From a virus: DNA of 64,000 nucleotides. Positions 11,701 through 26,215 of this stretch are shown here, piece by piece. Under the pieces are notes generated by a model. It searched no databases. It saw nothing but the letters and a program-made list of their open reading frames with translations, and was not told the origin of the DNA. Each line of letters starts with the position of its first letter. Within the stretch, counting starts at the first letter, position 1. The position numbers were made by a program, and so were the translations under genes. Location of the stretch: IMG/VR virus record IMGVR_UViG_3300034683_000333; one strand, written 5' to 3'.

Positions 11701-12498
11701 ATGTCTGACGGCTTAAAAATAAGTAAACTATATTCGCAAAGTATATATCAAGTGGAATCACCTTATTTACCGCCGAAGCAATAGTTTAGTAAATTAAATA
11801 TGAATGTTTTAGTGGATTTTTCTAGTGAGGTGACGCAACTACAATATTCAAAATTAAATATCAATGTTTTTTCAATCGTTGATGCATATATACCACCAGA
11901 ATCAACAACTGGTGGTGTTGAAATAACAAGGCTTTATGCGCAATCACTTTATAAGGTTGATACTCCTTAGTTGCCATTAAAGCAATGGTTCAGTAAATTA
12001 AATATGAACGCATTGATTAGCGATGGGGATGTAATCGAAGCTCGATACAGTAAAATTTACATGAATACTTTAAATGTTGTTGATCCATGGATTTCACCAT
12101 CGAGTGATCAAACCGGTGTAGAAATCAGTAAAATTTATTCTCAGGGGTTGTTTAGAGTCAGTGAACCATAGCACCCGATACCGATGTATTAGTCAAAATT
12201 AAATCTAAATGCAATGATAAGTAGTGTTATAGGTAATCAACAACAAAGATTTTCTAAATTGTACCAAAACGTAGCTATCACGAATGTAACAAGACCTGTT
12301 GAAATTAGGGCATCTAAAATGTATATAAATGTTCTTGTCATCACGGAACCATATTATTCAAATATTGAAAATGTTAGTGGTATAAAAACACCAGATTTAG
12401 ACTTGCAATACATATTTGACGGTTGTGGTGGTCTGGTATATAAAAAATTGGAAGACAAAATACTATTATACGAAAAAGAAATTCTGGAGATGAAATAA
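11701..12498 (+). CDS. Repeat-containing virion protein (265 aa; about 10 SK[LI]xxxx[LI] repeats), 3 TAG
   Basis: ATG 11701 is in frame with ORFs 11971 and 12214. Internal repeat KQ[TAG]FSKLNMN (11782) matches KQ[TGG]FSKLNMN (11986). Confidence 0.8.
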
Positions 12499-12893
12499 TG
12501 CTTAAACTATCGACCTATGGACCACGGCGGGCACCCAAACCGGTTGTTCGTCCCGACACACCGCAAGTTACGGATGTAACGGATATTGGATCATATCCAG
12601 GAAGTCCGATTAGTGTGCTTTTTTCTGAGCGTATTATTGTTACACCATCTTTTTCAACGGATGGAACATGTTTCATTATGTTGGAATTTTATGATATGTC
12701 TGGAAACTTTATTGGATTATCGGAAAAGATTTTTATTCAAGCTTATGACGTTCCATTTTTTGATGATCCTGATCGATTGTCGGGTACGATGTATGTTGTC
12801 GCTAATGAACTTGGTGCATCATATGTTAAAGTACGATTACTTGAAACGCCGAGTAATGGTGCAAACATAACTGTATATATAAGTAGCACATAA
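12498..12893 (+). CDS. Hypothetical virion protein (131 aa)
   Basis: TAATG coupling to the upstream gene, ends TAA. Confidence 0.75.
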   Translation: MLKLSTYGPRRAPKPVVRPDTPQVTDVTDIGSYPGSPISVLFSERIIVTPSFSTDGTCFIMLEFYDMSGNFIGLSEKIFIQAYDVPFFDDPDRLSGTMYVVANELGASYVKVRLLETPSNGANITVYISST

Positions 12894-12902
12894 ACCAAAA
12901 AG

Positions 12903-12933
12903 AAAACCCGGCTAAACAAAGCCGGGTTTTTTT
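12903..12933. terminator. Bidirectional Rho-independent terminator
   Basis: AAAACCCGGC-loop-GCCGGGTTTTTTT between convergent operons. Confidence 0.85.
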
Positions 12934-12953
12934 GTTTTAGCATGTTGTCAATT

Positions 12954-14012
12954 TTACGCTAATCTCTAACCATGTTCATCATTGTAATAATACAAGTTAA
13001 ATGAAGTGTTTGTGTTCTATAATAAATCTTCCTCTAGCCCCATAATCTTTTTGCCATTCCTTAAAATTGTAACCGGATTGGATTCAAAACTATCTGCCCC
13101 GTTGATGAATTCAATTTTTGTTCCGAATACCGGATTAGGTTCAAGTGTTATATTGAAAGATCCGTTTGTACTGTTTACAAAACACACATCGTTTCCTTGA
13201 ACGGTGGTTGCCGAAGTTATATCTAGAAATCTTATTGGTGTTGATATTTCTGTTTGATCAATAAATGTAATACCAGTTTCATCTTGAGATACAACTAGAA
13301 CTTTACCTGCATTATTTGTATATGTAGTTGGTGTGTCATTCAAATCAATAAAGGTTGCGATAAGTTCTGAATCAGGTACCGTCTATGTACCATCGACGTG
13401 TTTTGTGATACTTGTTAGATCGTCGTTAACGTCGTACTAATAGTTTGTTGTGCACGTTACATCATTTACAATTGCAATTGTTTGAGTAAGATTGTTTGAA
13501 CTATCGTAAATATATGTAATGTCCTGAAGTACAGTTCCATCACTTAGAATCTGGGCACTCGTTAAATCTCCCAGTGGAGAATAGTGATACTGAGTAGTGC
13601 GTTCGTCAATTTGAAAATCGAAAGCCCGTACATAGTTCACAACAAAATCTGTTTCTCCTAAGACCTGATAGGGTCCAACGGATACGGGAACGGTCGTTTG
13701 ATCCCCACCACCACTTGATCCACCACTCACAATGCCGTGCTAGGTTGTTCCGTCGTCGATATAGAGTGTTCCAGACTGATCCCCGGAGGAGACAAAATAG
13801 GCACGTCCCAAAACACCGGGAGATGGACGATTATTAAGCGGACCGATTTCCACTTTGCCGATGAGCTAACCCGTGGTTCCGTCTGAAATGAAGAGTTCTT
13901 TGGTATCGAGTGAAAAGAACGGTTCTCCAGGATCGAGACGCAACAACTCGTTTGCCATCAATGCATCGTAGGTTGTTTTGTTTCCCCGTTTTAATTTTAA
14001 CGTTATGCTCAT
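12954..14012 (-). CDS. Tail-fibre-like protein (352 aa), several TAG
   Basis: ATG 14012 (MSITLKLKRGNKTTYD). The N-terminus is paralogous to 26242..27213; YIDDGTT[TAG]HGI aligns with WVDDGSQWLEI. Joins ORFs 13437 and 13017; ends HG[TAG]RLA-TAA. Confidence 0.8.
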
Positions 14013-14026
14013 GGATCAGCCTTTCG

Positions 14027-17000
14027 TTACCAAATTATATATGTAAGCTTTTTCTTTGGATTTTTAGAAATCAACTTGTGTTTATGTTTGATTTCTATAT
14101 TACTTCCTTTTATCACATTTCCAGATGTCAGATAATCATTCAATAAATTATTAGCCCACAATTCCAACGAATCAACTTGCGAACGAGTTACATAAATGTT
14201 ATATTCTTTTTCTTCACCAAGTTGTGTATTTCCTGTCATATCTTCAATGGTCAATATATGGTTATCATTGTATAGCAATAATTTTCCATCGTTTATATCC
14301 ACTGATTTTCCATAAATAGATTCAGAAATTGAATAAAATTCTATTGTTGTCGTATCTAAATCAATTTCATAAAGTCCGTTTACATATCCAGTATCGTCTA
14401 CACCACCTATTACGTGTAGCTTATTATTGTATATTATACATCCTGGTGATTTTATACCTTTTGGAATGTATGCCTACTCTGAAAATACACCAGTGGAAAA
14501 ATCAAATGACTAAATAGTTGAAATAAGCGTTGTTGCATCACTTTGACCACCAATGATGAAACAAGTGTCGTTTTCCTTTGTGATTCCGAAGTTGGCGTTA
14601 GGTATCGGAAGTGTTGTATCAAGTATCAATGTAGTTGTATCACCGATGTGATAAGTCTCAATTGTGTTTAGACAATTACCGCTTTCATCCATTCCACCCA
14701 AAATCCAGATGGTGTTGTCGTGGTAGATAACTCCTGGGTTGGTTCGGTCTGTTGTGAGGTGTGCCACATTGGACTACGTGGTGCTTTCGATATCGAATAC
14801 CCAAATCGGCGCACCCATGGTTCCATCTGGTACACCAATGAAGAAAAGTTTTGTTGTATCAATAAGTTGTGGAACTACCCCACTGACTACCCCACCGACT
14901 CCATCAGTGACAATCCCATTTGGAACGTCACTGACGATCTCCCACAAATCGTCCACTTCATTATATCGATAGAGATGATCAAGAGCCGCAAATCCGGTTG
15001 TGCTGTCTTGACGAATCCAATTATTCCTAATTTTCATCATGGGTGTTGTTCCAAAACTCAAAAGCTGTTCGTTGGTTCCGTCGGTATATCTCCATAATCC
15101 TGTTTCTTCTGTATCGGGTGAAATAATCACACCATATCCGTTTGTTCCACTTTCGTTCCATAGGAAACCGACCGTAGCTCTACCTTTGACATTTTCCAGT
15201 AAACATTCTAAAGTTATGGGCCTTGTTGATGTTAAATCACGATATATGGACCCATAACCTTCCGATTTAAGACTGTTGTTTTTAATCGTCTATTCACCGA
15301 TTGTTGTGGTCTAATAAGATAGATCATCTGAATTCGTGAAATCAACAAAATGTTCAAACACATCTGTTGCATTAAATTTAGTATCTCCACTTATACTACC
15401 AGTTAAAACTGCAATGGATGATGTAAAATCTGAACTTACTGGTATATTTACCCAAACAAATGCCGTTCGATCGGGTTCTTCTCCCACAACATTTTCGACC
15501 TACATTGGATATTCTGTTTTTAAGTGTGTTGAATAAATGGCAATATCTCCATTGTCTCCGCTTTTGGTGGGAAATCGTAAGGATTTTCCATCCAATGAGA
15601 TGTGACAATGACTGCAATCGGATGATTCGCCGATTTTTAGAAGAATCTGATGATTTCCTTCAGTTATGTTTCCACCGCTTAGAAGTTGTAACTCCTTTCC
15701 AAATGTTCTGTTTCCTGGGAAACCACCACCCTCTTTTTCTGCTACCACAAATCTTGGGTTGCTCTTGTTATGTTTGAAAATCATTACATAATCAATGATT
15801 GTTTTTCCACCACGTCCATCGGAGTATTCTCCTTGCCCAAACTATGGATATTTTGAATTGTTTAGATAGATAGTATCTGATGTCGTAATGTCAATTGCGT
15901 ATCCATTGTTATATACGATTTCCCCATCATCTGAATAAGAAAATTTTGCCATTTCCCATGTATTTAACTGGGTTAAGTTACCGCTATTTATCGCCGATAA
16001 TTTGACTGATGTTGCATTTGGTATGGTTTTAAAAATTCCTACATCATCTGCTCCGACACCACTAACCGGACTCTGATAGAATACAGAATAACCACCTTGT
16101 TTTACAGAATGCAACTATTCACCGTTTATGTTACTAATTGAATACATTCTACCTTCACCAAAACCAAAATCACTATAATTCTCACTATCAAATTTACGCT
16201 TATATATACATGAAAAACCGTGTGTAACAGGTTGTAGTGCTGTTATTGAAACCTAGTTAATAACATTTGATGTTGGTGACAATACACAAGATCCATCTCC
16301 CTATGTGTAAAGATTGCTATTGAGTGATGGATTATAAAAATCATCAAATAAGATAAAAACCGAGTGTGGATTAGATGCATTGTTTATATTTTTGCTACCA
16401 AAATAACAATAAATTGTTTGATCTGTATCAAGATCATCCAAAACTTTTATCCACACATAAGCTGTACGATTAGGTTTTACACCACGAACATCTTCTACCC
16501 ACATTGGATAAATAGATTGTGATTGAGCACCGACAAAAAGGATGTCACATGGTGCATATTTTTTGGAAGGAAATTTTTCAGAAAGTCCATCAAGGTGAAA
16601 ATCATAATCGGATGAATTTGCTGATTCACCAATTTTCAATTGAATCTGATAGTCTTTGCCAGCACCAGTTGATCCTTTGATGACAATTTGTTTTCGATAA
16701 TTCCAGTTATTTATATATTCGATTTTTCTATAGGTAGTTGCTTCTTCAGTCCCGAAAGTCAATAGGGTATCGAACAACGTGTAATAGGTTGCCTTGATCC
16801 ATGCATCAGAACGAGCAACGGAAGAAAGCCTGACCTCACATATCGTTCCCCTGAACTGGTCTATTGTCGCCCCATCGTTATTATGATAAGAAGCTCGTCC
16901 AAACTTCCAACTTCTTGCGTTTGACGACAGCGTTACGCCAGATCCAGTAGTTTTTGCGGTGTTTACGAATAGTGCTGATCCGACGCCAGATTCATTTCTG

Positions 17001-20000
17001 CCTGATAAATAATAGAAAACATCTGTGTCTAGTGCACTTCCGGTTAAAGACACATCGGCGTTCCAATCACCGCCACTATCAAGTTTCAAAAATGGTTGTC
17101 TTAGATTGTCCAGTCCTAGCGAAACAGGAAAGTCAGTGGTGCTTGTTGCGTAATATGACACCTTGTTGAAAATGAAATTATTAACATTGGAAACACCTGG
17201 TGTAGAACAAACAACTTCCATCGTCAAAGCCGTCGTATAATTCGTGGTCAGACCAGTATTTATGCAATCGTCAACACCATCAAAATCAAGACCTTTCCCA
17301 ACTAGACTTTCCACCAGATCGTCAGAAGTCATTGAACCCTCAACACTTGCGTGTCTTGCGTGCATAGAAGATTCAAGAATTGGATTGCCACCAACTGAAG
17401 GGTCTTGTCTTAAATGATAGACTAGTTCAAAGCCTGAATCCCAAACCTGTTGAGCTGGAGTTTCGCCGGTGTCTCCAACATAGGTTGTATTATCGGATTG
17501 TGTTGGATCATAATATAAATATAAAGTCGTATCTCTTGATGAACTTACAAATGGAACTCCAACATGAAGAAATCCTTTATTGGATGAATGATCCTAATAT
17601 TCTATTTCAACATAACATTGAGTTGTTCCATCACTAGTTGTCACAGCAATCTTTTTACGATCTAAATTAGAATTAAAGTCAGAAAATACTTCGCTTGGAA
17701 CTTTGATCATAATCGGGAAGTTGGTTAAATCTTCATCAATTTTTGAAGAATCAATGGTAATTGGAAGGCGATAGTTCCAGCCAGAGAGCTATTGAGATGC
17801 TATTTCCACATTTCCTGTTGAAAGGAAAGTTGGTTCCATACTCACAGCCTTGCGAACTGCAATGAAATCCACCTCACATTGCGAACCATAATGATTGCCG
17901 AATCCAACAGCACCCGTAGTGTAAGCCGAGTCTGTACGATCTACTGAACTTGTCCTGTTCAAACGTGTTCTCAGATAGGAACCTACAGCAGTCCCGGACA
18001 GAGTATGCCACACTCCATCGGGAACAGAAACGTCTATTCCATTAGGATATTCAACGCCATCTAAACGCTTAAGAATCCCAATTCTGTTGTTAGTATTGAC
18101 GCTGGCCCTAGCATAGTAGCAATTAACATTGCTCCAAGCCCTCGTCCTATCAAGCCGAATGAACAAATCATGCAACACGCTTATAGACCCTTTGAAGCTA
18201 GACATAATTTCACAGTCTGTAAAGTCGTCATTGGAAATTATGACTACTCTTCCAAAGTTGGGCGAGGACGTATTTCCAGAAATTGTGATGGTCCCGTTAT
18301 TGACCTGATATGAAGAATAATTTACATAAACACTCCATTTGTTGGTATCTAGGGATGTTCCATCAAAGTCGTCAAATAGTTCAAAAACCGAGTCTCCATC
18401 AGAAACGTTACTAGCTTCTGCGTTTCCAAAATAGCAGTATAGGTTGGCTGTGTTATCCAGATTATCAAGTACCTTAACCCAAATCCAAGCTGTTCGGTTC
18501 GGAGCTTGTCCATCTACTTTTTCAACCTAAAGAGGACAAAGAGTCGTTCCATCACTTGTGGTAAAGCGAATGTCACCTGAATGGTTCTTTCCAGTGGGAA
18601 ATAGTTTAGAAAGACCATCTAAATGAAAGTCTGCGTTAGATGAATCAGAAGACTCCCCTACTTTCAAAAGAACTTGGTAATTTTCTCCGACACCGGTAGA
18701 TCCTTGAATGGAAACTGTATTTCTGAAAAGCTAATTTCTTAACCACCCATTGATCGACTCTTGGGTTTCAGATAATGTTGTATCATTTATTTCCGTTGTA
18801 CTATCATTATAAAATTCCGGTTCGTCGTGAATAAATTTTCGAATAGCCGCATAATCTATTGTACGGGAACCACCGTTTCCATTAGAGTCTTCGGCTTGTC
18901 CGAAGAAGGGATATTTCATATTATTTATAAATGAACTATCAATCGTGTTTATAATTCTTGTTCCATCGAGGAATGCTTGGATGTATCCACTAGAATCAAT
19001 ACCAAGCTCACTGATAAACCATTCATTTAAATTGATAAGACCTGTGTGATCTGTATCAAATTCTAGAATCGTTTCGTTACCAGAACTTGGTACCGCAAGG
19101 CACGAGAACGTGCTTTGATCCCCGGTGATGGGGCTGTTAAACCATAGTGTGTAGCCTTCTCCAAGGACTGTTTTCTATGTTGCTTCATCCGAACCAAGCC
19201 CACGATACGGACCTGTTCCAAATCCCATTATTGAATAATGTTCATTATCTATTTTACTCTTTACTCGGAGGGCCACATTGTTAGTAAACAAATTGTTGGG
19301 TTTTAAAAGGATTGAAGAAAGTGAGTTTTGATTTCCACTGAGAGTGATCTGGCTTCCAAATTGTGTGATCGAAGGTGAGTTGAATTCTTCCTTTGTCTAA
19401 ACTGTTGTATCAATTGGATCACCTTCTGGGAGAAGTTCGACTGTCTATTTTTCTGGATCAAGAGATCCTTCAAAATCTTCGAAGAAATCAAACACCGAAT
19501 CTGGATCGCTTACATTTTCCGTGCTGTCTTTACCATAGAGACAGATGATTTTTTGTAAATCGGACCACTCATTGGGCACTCGAATCCACACCGTTGCTGT
19601 TCGATTGGGACTCGTACCAACCACATCGTGAACGTACATTGGGCAATAGGTTCCATCCATGGTTACAAATTGGATGTCACCACTTTCATTCTTTTGTGAA
19701 GGGAAGTGAAGTGCTTTTCCATCAAGGTGAAAATCGTAATTCAATGAGTTTTCTGACTCACCTATTTTTAATTCAAACTGTGATCCACTCTTAACATTAC
19801 CTTTACTAGATAAGTATATGCTGATACGTTCGCTGAATCCGTCTGTTGTATAGTTGGTGTTTATGGGTTGATATTTTTTCAATACTGGATATTTTTGCCG
19901 ATCCCAACGATGGATGTACTATTTATGTACGTCTGTATTTGAACTATACCATGTTCTAAGGTATAGTGGTCCACTATGAACATAATATCCATCAAACTTC

Positions 20001-23000
20001 CATATGTAATCAGCATGTTCAACAACTACACCTGAGTAATCATTTGCAATTGTATGCTATGCATAACCAATCATATCTCGTCCTGTAGATGATACACGAG
20101 TATTATTATAATATAATCCCCAATAAGATGAACCACCATCATCGTTATTATAAAAAAGCTATCTTGTTCCATATTGATATCGACTTGAACTTGTAACCTA
20201 TCTGACGTATGTGTTTATTTTGTAATTTCGTCCTTGAAGTTTATTGTATGATATCTAGAAATCATCAACGTCGTCCGTAGAACCGTTTTTGTTTAATTTA
20301 CAATAATAAGCGTAATATGCAGGTGTTCGTAATACATTGAGTTCTGGGTGGAGCGGTCCACCAGTCATAAATTGCCAGAATGTGAAAACATTATGAGGAT
20401 TATTTATATTTGGAGCATTTTCTAATCCATATTTCAATTTCAATGGTGTTGCACCGTATTTAAAATCTCCCTTAATCCAAATTTTTGCAATACGATTGGG
20501 TGATGTTCCATCGACGTATTCTACCTACATTGGAAGTGTTATGCCATCTTCCGTTACGAATCGGATGTCGCCGGAATGTTCAAGAGTTGGGAAAAAGAAG
20601 CATGAATGATCCAATGCAATATTACAATTTTCTGTTGTTGGTGACTCTCCGAGGATGATCGGGATTTGCCAATCCGTTACACTTTCATTTGTGTTTATTA
20701 CAATACAATCCTGTTCGTATCTAAATATACCAGTTTGATCCACCATTTCTTCATTGTGATATTCTAAGAATATTGGTTCTTGTTCAACGTATTTTCTTAC
20801 TCTTATCTAATCGTTACATAATTTTTTGTCATTACTTACTGCATTGGCGGTAAAACCTATGCAACCCGAATTTCTTTGAACGGAATCGATAAGCTCTAGC
20901 GATGCATATTGTGTTGTAAAATCATCTGTAAATGAGTAATAGATATAGGTATTGTCTAAAAGTGTTACCCTATACCACATCTATGTATTATGTGGTAATG
21001 GTTTTGCTGTATCAGAAATCTTTGGGTTTGGACTTTCTCCAACTATATTTATGCAAAATCTCCATATGTCTTCCGTTGAAGTTGTATTGTGTATAAATGT
21101 AACTTGTCCTGTTGGTGGAGAATCTGTATAATAACTTGAACGTGTTATTAGCGATATTTCACCATAACCACTTGTGTTAGCTGTCTTTGCTTTATATTCT
21201 ATAATTTGTTTTTCTGAATGTATATAATTTTTTGTACCCAAATTATTTTTATCACCAACATTACTCATCATTATATATGGTACAAATGTATTATCATCGT
21301 TGTATTTAATGTATTGATTAGCGTTTACCCACTATTTTTCGTAATTCAGACCATTTTCCCAATCTTCAAAAAAGTCAAAAACCTTTTCTCCACTGCTAAT
21401 GTTTGGTGCATTAGGATTTCCATAATAACAATAGATTGTGGTGTCACTTGTGCAATCAACGGGTATCTTAATCTAAATATAGGCAACATTCCCATTTTCT
21501 GTTTGAACGACCTTTTCTGTATACATCGGAACTTCGGTTGTTCCATCAAATAGGAGGAATTTGAGATCTCCAGAATCATTCATTTTGGTGGGAAATTTTT
21601 CTGAATGCCCATCAACGTGAAAATCCACGCCGGTGGTATCCTGAAACTCACCGACTTTTAGTAGGAATTGGTAATCGGCACCAACGGTTTCATTTCCACG
21701 AATCACAAATAGTTTCCTGAATTTCCATATATTGACTTGTTCAGATTTTTTCTCAATTTCACCGAACATTATTACCTTTGGCTCAATTAACGTTGCTTTT
21801 GTAATCAAAAGGTTCTTAAAATAAGCATATGTAGATCCTACATTATCACGTTGTGAATAAAACAATACATTGGCAACCCTAGAATAGATTTCGTGGTCCC
21901 AATAATGATATACATTATCTGTTATATCATTAAGAAGATCTGACCATATTGCGTTGCTGTGTTTTTTGAACCATTTCAATTCTGTATAATACTATTCTCT
22001 ACTTGATGTTGATCGTGCTTTTGAATAAAGCGTTATACTTGTTCCATTATACTATTTACTGATTTTTGGATGTTCACTATAAGATGTCGATCCACCAACT
22101 TTATGAGATACATAAAATCTATTGTCGTCATTATATAACAATGCCATACTTACCTAATATTGAAAACTTTCATTCGTTGCATAGTAAGTATGGAACTTTA
22201 CACCATCTAGGTTTTCTGGTAGTGTAAAAATATATTCACATTTACTTGTTGGTGTATGTGTATTTCTCAAATAATCGTATATTACATCATAGTTGGATTG
22301 ACTTTGTGTGCCAGTTGTATTTGTAAAATCTTTAAATGGATCACTTTTGCGATCCTAAGCCCAAATGACCGTAGATTTTGGATCGCTTATGTTTTCTGCG
22401 CTTTCATTTCCATAATATAAGTAAATATCTTGATCGAGTTCTGCGTTTGGAACCTTCACGTAGACAGTTGCGGTACGATTTGGTAAAAAGCCTTCAACTT
22501 TATGAACGTAGATAGGTAAAATTGTTGTTCCATCATCCAGTGTAAATCGGAGATCACCACTTTCGTTTGGACGTGAAGGAAATTTACAAACGTTTTTACC
22601 AAGAAAAACATCAAAATTGCTTGAATTGTGGGATTCACCAACTTTAATTTCCACGGCATAATCCGTACCGGCACCGTGAGAACCTGAAAGTTTGAGCTTC
22701 CTCCGGTAGGTCCATCCAGGTAACCAATTTGTTGTGGTTGTTGAATCCTCATTTATTATAATAGGTGTATATGTTGCATCAAGGTGTTCTTGTTTCCGTA
22801 TTTTGATACAATCCTAGTACATTGATCCACCGTCTTCCATCATACAGAATGCACCAACATATCCAGATTGATCTTTAAATATAGGATCTAACGTAGAACT
22901 CCACGATCCAATTTTTTGGCTACCGTTTTTGTAAATTGTGAAATCTACTTTATTATCGATTTTGGAAACTAAAATTTTATAAGGAACGTTGTTTTCCCAC

Positions 23001-25777
23001 GTTACAGAATCAAATTCAACTTGATACTATGAACCACCTGTCTATGTCCTGATTACTGGTTTACTGTAATATTTACTCAAGAATAGAGCACAGTAGTTTT
23101 GATTATCAAGATAGCATAATGTTACACCACCGTTTTCATTGCCATGTGTTCCACCGTGGTAGTAAATTGTTTCAAGTTTGAAATTATAGAGTTTATCTTT
23201 ATATGCAAATACTCCACCAGCATCCGGGTGAACTGGAACAAGAGCCTTGAGTCTTTGATCTTGGGTTATTTCCTAGTTGACTGTACCTACAGGAGTAAAA
23301 TTAGTCCAATCAATTAAATCGCTTATGGTAGAATCTGTAAAATCTTCGAAGCACAATTGATTATATGTTGTATATCGTACTTCCTTTAAATCAACATTTT
23401 CAGAAGTATAAAATTGAAATGGTGTAGTTGTAACATCTTTGTTTGTAAACGCATTATAATTAAATAGTAATTGGTTCAACGAAAGAGACTTCAAAGCCAC
23501 TCTAAATTCATCAATGTATCCAATAAATCCGTTGTCGTTTGATATGGAGTCTGCACGATTTCCAATACCAAGAGAACTTCGATTTGTGCGTGATCCGATG
23601 GCTGAAGGTAGAACAGTATCAATGATGCCGTTGACGATTAGTGTTGTTGTGTTGTCGCTTGAGTCTGATACTAGTGCAAATTGGTTTATTTTTCCTATTT
23701 CGATTTTTGCTGTTGTTGTTGCATCGCCGAATCCATCACCCAATCGATGAATGGCAATTGCTCCATCTGGAAGTAAATCAACCCAAGAATCACCACCGGA
23801 GTCGGAATCGTCATCCTAGAATAGTTTTCGTGCTTCGTTTGGGTATTCGTCTACTGTAAAATAAGCCTCGTATGTAATTGTCGATCCCGTTGTCACTGCT
23901 CCAATATATACTCTATCAACATCTCCATCAAAGTATTGAACAATATGATTGTCTTTTAGAAATAGGTTGGGTAAATTGCCGTTGTATGTACCATTTGTAT
24001 GTTTGGCTGAATCAAAAGCGGTTATATCACCATTTTCATTTAAATGATAAACATTTTGATATGTATGTCGCTACAGATAATCGGAATAGAGTTCATTATT
24101 GTTTACGATATGTGATGCTTCAATTCTTAGTGATGGATCATAAACAATGCTTAATGTCGTATCAGATGTGCTAGATATGTAAGGAACAAGAACGTGAATG
24201 ATTGCTGTGCTTGTATCAAAGTCGTAGGTATCAATTTCTACAAACAATATATTGTTATTATTATCAAAAACTCTAACATATTTTAGATCATTTATATGTT
24301 GTGTAAATTCAAAAAATGACGGATCTAGTTTAATAGCAACGGGCTAATTTGTTAAGTCTTCGGATATGTTTGAATGGTCTATGATAACATCGCTTTTAAA
24401 ATATCCATAATCTGATATAATATATGGTATACCATTTGGATTGTGTTTGCGAACAATAACCTAATCGCAATCAAAAGTTACGGATGCACTTGGGGCTCGA
24501 TGACAAAATGCCAAAAAAATATTTTTTGATATGGTTGGTGTATTATAACTGATAGTATTTGTATATTCTGCAATTTTTGATGTAATATCTGTTTGTGTTA
24601 CGATACATTGTGGATATAACTACTCATCCGTTGAAAATGCTGGAACTTGGACAAAATTTCCATTTGTTAATAAATTCCACGTACCACTAAGATTGTATAA
24701 ACTGGTGCAGATATAATTATCTTCATCACGTCCAATACCAATCATATAAGGATGATATTGATTTACATACGTTCCTCCAGATGTTTGTGTAAATTTTACT
24801 TTAGCTTCAATAACAAAATCAAATGCATTTATTTCATCTTTTGAGATAACGGACCTACCCCACCAACCACTGTTTACCCCATCTTCGTATGCGCTGGTGC
24901 TTGAAGATCGCTGTCCATCTATAATTAGGCTACCGTTTTCGGTGCGTGGTGTATTGTATCCAGGTGATACGTCGTGGGCATAGGGTCCATTTTTTTCATT
25001 TACGTAAACTCCGCTTGTCCAACCGGATAAATCACCCGTGAAATCATCAAAAATTAAAAACACTTTTTTTCCGTCACTGACATTTTCAGCGTTTTCATTT
25101 CCGTAATAACAAATCAGTTTCAAGTCTCGATCCAGCGATTCAGGGATTTTAATCTAAATGTTTGCAGTTCTATTGGGGGATGTTCCATCAATCGATTCAA
25201 CCCAAAGAGGACAGTTGATTAAATTTGAAGTTGAAAACCTTATATCTCCGCTATCGTTTGGACCATTGGGAAATTTCAGGGATTGTCCACCAATGTGGAA
25301 ATCATAATTACTGGAATCGGGAGATTCCCCCACCCGAACCTTGATTTGGTAATCGTATCCACAACCAGGAAAACCCTTTACATTGAATGGTTTTTGGTGT
25401 TGCCAATCGGCGTAATTAACAATTTCAACCGTTGATGAACTTCCTATTAGATCTTCTGTTTGATCGACATAAACTTCGGGTAGAATTCCTGTTCTTGTGG
25501 CAACCTATTTAACAAGCGTATTTGAGTAATCTGATTTTAGTCCGATTCCTTTTAATTCTGTAAAGTTGATATCATCAATAGAAATAAACGTTTGGTCGTT
25601 TAGTATTCCAACGATGCTTGTTTCGTCGAGTACGAGAGAAACACGAACAGGCTCCTTTGTCCCTAACCAGCGTTGAGCTTCTGGTTCATATTCATAGTGG
25701 ACTACAGTTTTGTCAAAATATTCTTTTGCTATTCTCTTAGCTTTTAGAAGTTTAGATAGAACAATCGGCTCGAACAT
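14027..25777 (-). CDS. Giant 3,916-aa virion/adhesin-like protein with about 10 DUF2341-like modules, 2 LamG domains and C-terminal Kelch-like repeats; 42 in-frame TAG
   Basis: Sixteen minus-strand ORF-track fragments from 25505..25777 down to 14027..14302 are in the same frame and are separated only by TAG. SD GGGGGA precedes ATG 25777, and the first TAA/TGA is at 14027. The module YQI.LKIGES...DFHLDG...KFP....SGDIRF...P.WVE...PNRTA.VWIK recurs. Confidence 0.88.
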
Positions 25778-25797
25778 ACTATATTTCCCCCGTTGTT

Positions 25798-26103
25798 TTA
25801 TTTAACAAGAATTTCTATGATTGTGTCGCTCTAATTGTAAGTGGATTTTAATATGACTTTGGGCTTAGAAGCTACGCAATACTGATGCTCATTAAATTCT
25901 CCAACTAGTCCGTATTCATCATGAATTTCTAATGGATTTGGGGACTTAATAATAAGTATTTCTTTGACATCATCAGATTCATAAAATGTGTAATCTTCAG
26001 AAATAGACATCCCGGTTGTATCAAGGGAATGTTTTAAGCCAGTTATTTTATCCAATTTGGGTTTTAAATTTTTTAAGGTGGTTAGTAGTACAGCATCTAA
26101 CAT
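25798..26103 (-). CDS. Hypothetical protein (101 aa), 1 TAG
   Basis: ORF 25831..26103 extends through TAG to TAA 25798, directly before the SD of the giant gene. Confidence 0.7.
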
Positions 26104-26177
26104 TGAAAAAGCTCCATGTTCGATTTTGTTTTTGTTTGTAAATTAGTTAGTTGCTGTGGGGATACTAAAATAGCTAA

Positions 26178-26215
26178 AAAAAACCACCATGAACAAAAAC
26201 GGATCATGGTGGTTT
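26178..26215 (-). terminator. Rho-independent terminator after the tail-fibre gene
   Basis: AAACCACCATGA...TCATGGTGGTTT stem followed by a T tract on the minus strand. Confidence 0.7.

Noticed and set aside
14027-25777. TAGs as sequencing error or G->A hypermutation of TGG (pseudogenes)
   Set aside because: A frame-blind process would also hit out-of-frame TGG. Conserved Gly codons preceded by T are intact in the repeats (agt ggt gat about 22555, tct gga gat about 21570, tat gga aat about 21420 and 22410, ttt gga aac about 18425). TGG->TGA stops are not scattered through genes, and TnpB/IscB keep all their TGG. Raw reads should still be checked.
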